A DNA stretch of 64,000 nucleotides, taken from assembly GCA_903929315.1 (NCBI GenBank), contig CAIYUC010000211.1:8274-72273 (forward strand), given 5' to 3'. Below, in pieces: positions 60,264 through 64,000 of this stretch. Both the position numbers and the translations under genes were made by a program. The first letter of the stretch is position 1. Each line of letters begins with the position of its first letter. The stretch comes from an uncultured Bacteroidales bacterium. GTDB taxonomy: Bacteria > Bacteroidota > Bacteroidia > Bacteroidales > FEN-979. The notes beneath the pieces are model-generated. The model searched no databases and had not been told where the DNA came from. It was given only the letters and a program-made list of their open reading frames with translations.

Positions 60264-60427
60264 AGGATGTTTTGTTAGAGATGTTGGAATGTCAAAATTA
60301 CAAAATATATGGTCACAACAGTATTTGCATGGAGCATTTGAATTTTGAATAAATTTGTTACGGTTCCCTGAAGGCAAAAGATTTTCTTTTATTTCTGTGC
60401 TTCCGAGGTGAAGATAAGTTTACACCC

Positions 60428-62056
60428 ATGAAATATCTTACCATTTTCCTTATCCCTGTTATTTTGTTCTTTAGATGTACCAGGGAAAACGACAAAAATG
60501 CAGGAAAAACTGTCTTCCGGTACAATGAAGCAGCCAATATCACGTCATTAGACCCGGCATTTGCCCGTGACCAGGCAAATATATGGCCGGCACACCAGCT
60601 GTTTAACGGGTTGGTTGAATTGAACGAAAAGGCTGAAATTATTCCTTGTATCGCTACGACCTGGAGCATTTCAAAGAATGGCCTTGAATATATTTTTCAC
60701 TTACGGTATGATGTAGTTTTTCATGATAGCCCTGCATTCACAGGAGGTAAAGGAAGAAAAGTCAAAGCATCAGATTTTGTATTTAGTTTTTCGAGGATCA
60801 CTGATCAGAAAAACGAATCTCCCGGTTCTTGGATATTCAATAATGTGGAACAGAAGAACAGTACTTATTCTTTCGAAGCTCCCGATGACAGTACATTTCT
60901 GATCCGGCTTCAGCAGCCATATCCCCCGTTCCTGGGATTATTAACGACACTTTATTGTTCAGTTGTACCGAAGGAAGCTATTGGTTACTACGCTGAGAAT
61001 TTCAGGAAAAACCCGGTCGGCACCGGCCCCTTTCAGTTTAAAATGTGGAAAGAAGGAGTAAAGCTGGTATTTGTAAAAAATCCCCGCTATTTTGAGTTTG
61101 AAAATGGCAGGAGGTTGCCTTATCTTGATGCCGTTGCAATTACCTTCCTTCCTGATAAGCAATCGGTTTTTCTTGAATTTTCTAAAGGGAATCTTGATTT
61201 TATATCCGGGATTGACCCTGATTATAAAGATGAACTTCTTACCATGGAGGGAAAGCTAAATCCCAAATTTGCCGGTAAATTCCAGTTGATTACCCAACCT
61301 TATCTGAATACGGAATATCTCGGATTTCTTGTTGATTCCAATTCACTTGTGGCCCATAATAACCCGGTACGGTTGAAGAACATCCGGAAAGCGATCAACT
61401 ATGCATTTGACCGCAAAAAAATGATCCGGTTCCTTCGCAATAATATAGGAACTCCCGGGATAAACGGGATCATTCCCAAGGGTATGCCAGCCTTCGATTC
61501 CACCAGTGTCTGGTATGAATACAATCCCGGTAAAGCGAGGATGCTCTTAACAGATGCCGGATTTCCAAATGGGACTGGTTTACCGGATGTAGTGCTCTCC
61601 ACCACGGCCGATTACCTCGATCTGTGTAAATACATCCAACACGAAGTATCTGAGATAGGAATAAACATGAAGATCGATATCACCCCGCCAGCAGCGCTTA
61701 AAGAAATGAAAGCACAAGCCAAACTGCCATTTTTCAGAGCTTCATGGATTGCAGATTATCCCGATGCGGAAAGTTACCTGTCTCTTTTTTATAGCAGGAA
61801 TTTTTGTCCTCAGGGTCCCAATTATACACATTTCTCAAGTAAAGCTTTTGACAAGCTCTATGAAAAGTCAATGGTAGAGGTGGATGATTCTATCCGGTAT
61901 CAATATTACCATCAGATGGAAAGATTGATCATGGAAGAATCTCCTGTTGTCATCCTTTATTATGACCAGATTTTGCGGTTTGTTCAAAAGAACGTTAGAG
62001 GGTTGGGGAGTGATCCTATGAATTTGCTGACACTGAAACGAGTTAGAAAAGAATAG
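60428..62056 (+). CDS. family 5 ABC substrate-binding (OppA/DppA-like) probable lipoprotein
   Basis: Cys after hydrophobic leader; TSLDPA, LFNGLV, PVGTGPF, WIADYPD. Confidence 0.88.
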   Translation: MKYLTIFLIPVILFFRCTRENDKNAGKTVFRYNEAANITSLDPAFARDQANIWPAHQLFNGLVELNEKAEIIPCIATTWSISKNGLEYIFHLRYDVVFHDSPAFTGGKGRKVKASDFVFSFSRITDQKNESPGSWIFNNVEQKNSTYSFEAPDDSTFLIRLQQPYPPFLGLLTTLYCSVVPKEAIGYYAENFRKNPVGTGPFQFKMWKEGVKLVFVKNPRYFEFENGRRLPYLDAVAITFLPDKQSVFLEFSKGNLDFISGIDPDYKDELLTMEGKLNPKFAGKFQLITQPYLNTEYLGFLVDSNSLVAHNNPVRLKNIRKAINYAFDRKKMIRFLRNNIGTPGINGIIPKGMPAFDSTSVWYEYNPGKARMLLTDAGFPNGTGLPDVVLSTTADYLDLCKYIQHEVSEIGINMKIDITPPAALKEMKAQAKLPFFRASWIADYPDAESYLSLFYSRNFCPQGPNYTHFSSKAFDKLYEKSMVEVDDSIRYQYYHQMERLIMEESPVVILYYDQILRFVQKNVRGLGSDPMNLLTLKRVRKE

Positions 62057-62057
62057 T

Positions 62058-62141
62058 CGAATGACATGAATTACGGATAACGAATGAAATTAAAGGATTC
62101 CTGAATTGTATTCGTCATTCGTCATTCCCGGATTCGTCATT
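62058..62141. repeat. inverted pair of ATTCGTC-type heptamer arrays between convergent genes
   Basis: Left cgaatgac-atgaattac-ggataac-gaat; right attcgtc-attcgtc-attcccgg-attcgtc-att. Confidence 0.7.
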
Positions 62142-62181
62142 ATCTGGTATATGACAGGCGAAGTAAGTAAACCGGGTCATC

Positions 62182-62946
62182 TTAAATCTCGATTTTCTGC
62201 CCGTCAAATCCAAGCTGTATAAAATCGGGTAATTCTTTTGAAACATCTTTATAGGTTCCCATCTGGTGACTGATATGAGTGAGAATCCCCCGGGCAGGGT
62301 GAAGTTCTTTCAATATAGTCACCGCCTCCTCAAGATTAAAATGGGAATAATGCTTCTTTTTCCGGAGAGCATTTATCACGATCACTTTTGACCCGGCCAT
62401 TTTTTCTTTTTCTTTATCGGAAATTTCTACCGCATCCGTGATATAAGTGAAATCATGGATCCTGAAACCATAGACGTATTGTTCATGGAAATGCCTGGCT
62501 TCTATCGGGATGATCCCGATTTCTGAGATCATGAATGGTTGGTTTTCAAAGTGTTTCAGTATAATCTCAGGAACCCCCGGATATTTGTTCTCGTGAAAAG
62601 CATAGGCAAATTCATTCCGGATAACAGCCGATACATCCTGAGTCGCATAAACATCAGTAGGTCTTTTCAGAATATAATTGAATGCACGGACATCATCCAA
62701 TCCTCCGATATGGTCTTTGTGTGCATGTGTTACCAGAATCGCATCGATGGAACGAATGTTTTCACGTAACATCTGCTGCCGGAAGTCAGGACCGCAATCA
62801 ACCACTATGGATTTTCCATCCGTCTCAATGAGTATGGATGCACGAAGTCGTTTATCACGAGGATTATCCGAACGGCATACGTCACATTCACAAGCAATGA
62901 CCGGGACACCTTGAGAAGTTCCGGTTCCAAGAAAAGTAATTTTCAC
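62182..62946 (-). CDS. MBL-fold metallo-hydrolase (PhnP-like)
   Basis: FLGTGTSQGVP, CECDVC, THAHKDHIGGLDD, SHFNL, LTHISH; GTG start. Confidence 0.9.
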   Translation of the reverse strand: MKITFLGTGTSQGVPVIACECDVCRSDNPRDKRLRASILIETDGKSIVVDCGPDFRQQMLRENIRSIDAILVTHAHKDHIGGLDDVRAFNYILKRPTDVYATQDVSAVIRNEFAYAFHENKYPGVPEIILKHFENQPFMISEIGIIPIEARHFHEQYVYGFRIHDFTYITDAVEISDKEKEKMAGSKVIVINALRKKKHYSHFNLEEAVTILKELHPARGILTHISHQMGTYKDVSKELPDFIQLGFDGQKIEI

Positions 62947-63050
62947 CAGAAGTAGTTTAAAAGAACAAATTTATTGATATTACACACATATCGTTCATTG
63001 GAATGATTAATTTTGCAGGTCAAATCTCATTTGGTATAATAACTGTAAGT

Positions 63051-63608
63051 ATGTTCTGTAAGTTAAGAATGATCATTGGCAAATATTTTTTTAACAAGGA
63101 ACTCTCCAAAACAGGCCATGATCATAAACTTATCAACCTTGAGAAAGCCAGGTGCGTTGGTATTCTTTATACTCTTGATGACCCTCCGGTCTATGATGTT
63201 GTTTCTGAATTTGTGTCACAACTCCAACGTATGCATATTGAGGTTAAAGCTTTGGGATTTGTAAGGAATAGAAACCTGATCAGCAGATTTTTACCAAAAT
63301 TATCCTATGATTTTTTTTCAAAAAAAGATATTAACTGGTTTTACAGGCCAATCCATGCCAAAGTGAAGGATTTTATCAATAAGGAGTTTGATATTCTTAT
63401 TGATCTTAGTCTGCAGGAAAGTTTCACTTTAAAATATATTTCAGGCCTTTCAAGATCATTTTGCAGGGTTGGAAAGTTTTCGGAAGAAAATACACATTAT
63501 TATGACTTACTGTTTGATGTTAATCCCTCGGTAACACTTCCTGACTATATCAAGCAAATTACACATTATCTCACCATTATCAACCACCATGCAACAATTA
63601 AACGATAA
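63051..63608 (+). CDS. conserved hypothetical protein preceding dapA (DUF6913-like)
   Basis: KDINWF, FDILIDL, FCRVG, YDLLF; a TAATTTTG -7 box at 63008-63015 lies inside the ORF-track start, so ATG 63051 is preferred. Confidence 0.7.
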   Translation: MFCKLRMIIGKYFFNKELSKTGHDHKLINLEKARCVGILYTLDDPPVYDVVSEFVSQLQRMHIEVKALGFVRNRNLISRFLPKLSYDFFSKKDINWFYRPIHAKVKDFINKEFDILIDLSLQESFTLKYISGLSRSFCRVGKFSEENTHYYDLLFDVNPSVTLPDYIKQITHYLTIINHHATIKR

Positions 63609-64000
63609 ATTCAGGGGAACAGGGGTTGCTGTTGTTACACCCTTTGCAAAATCAGGAGATATTGATTTCGAATCCTTTGGTAAAGTACTGGATCATCTCA
63701 TAGTTAATGGCGTCGAATACCTGATAGTAATGGGAACAACCGGGGAAACACCCACACTTTCCAAAGACGAGAAGAAAGCAGTGTTGGACTTTTCAATCAG
63801 GAAAATAAAATCCAGGGTTCCCCTGGTCATTGGGATCGGTGGTAATAATACTGCGGAGGTTGTGCATTCCATTCATGATACAAAGTTTGAAGGAATAGAT
63901 GCGATATTATCTGTTTCTCCTTATTACAATAAGCCACAACAGCAAGGTATCTTTGAACATTTCAAAGCTATCGCCGAAGCAAGTCCGGTGCCGGTTATTT
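63589..64000 (+). CDS. dapA: 4-hydroxy-tetrahydrodipicolinate synthase, N-terminal part (runs off the right edge)
   Basis: Manual translation MQQLNDKFRGTGVAVVTPF...VMGTTGE...GIGGNNT...SVSPYYNKPQQQGIFEHF. Confidence 0.95.
   Translation, partial: MQQLNDKFRGTGVAVVTPFAKSGDIDFESFGKVLDHLIVNGVEYLIVMGTTGETPTLSKDEKKAVLDFSIRKIKSRVPLVIGIGGNNTAEVVHSIHDTKFEGIDAILSVSPYYNKPQQQGIFEHFKAIAEASPVPVI

Noticed and set aside
1128-63264. Numerous 60-170 aa ORFs nested in or antisense to long genes
   Set aside because: No motifs, and full overlap with well-supported CDSs; treated as shadow ORFs

Overview
64-kb chromosomal window from an AT-rich Bacteroidota (most likely Bacteroidales) genome, judged from TAnnTTTG -7 promoter boxes, T9SS C-terminal domains, a cysteine-free L31 and a Bacteroidales-type glycogen cluster. 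Left to right: the start of a TANFOR-like gene missed by the ORF track, with a beta-barrel gene upstream; a complete IS4 element (22-bp IRs, 9-bp TSD) inserted in the hicAB promoter; a LytS/LytTR two-component pair; an SDR; a glycogen operon whose GH57 carries a FliG-C-like tail; fabG; an M48 peptidase; two universal stress proteins; a signalling cluster (duplicated PCPPNC membrane protein, receptor-type adenylate cyclase, NarL regulator, PAS kinase, HD hydrolase); an ABC exporter; dnaA and housekeeping genes; a serC-serA-four-helix-bundle-DUF1015 operon; a MITE-like element; rpmE2; lon; three tandem M1 aminopeptidases; a peptide-binding lipoprotein; and the start of dapA. No rRNA, tRNA or CRISPR array was seen. 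The best candidates for novelty are the PCPPNC-protein/receptor-cyclase module, the GH57-FliG-C fusion, the LytTR-box-preceded barrel/TANFOR locus, and recurrent 7-9-nt tandem arrays at gene junctions. All family assignments come from motif recognition by eye, not database searches.
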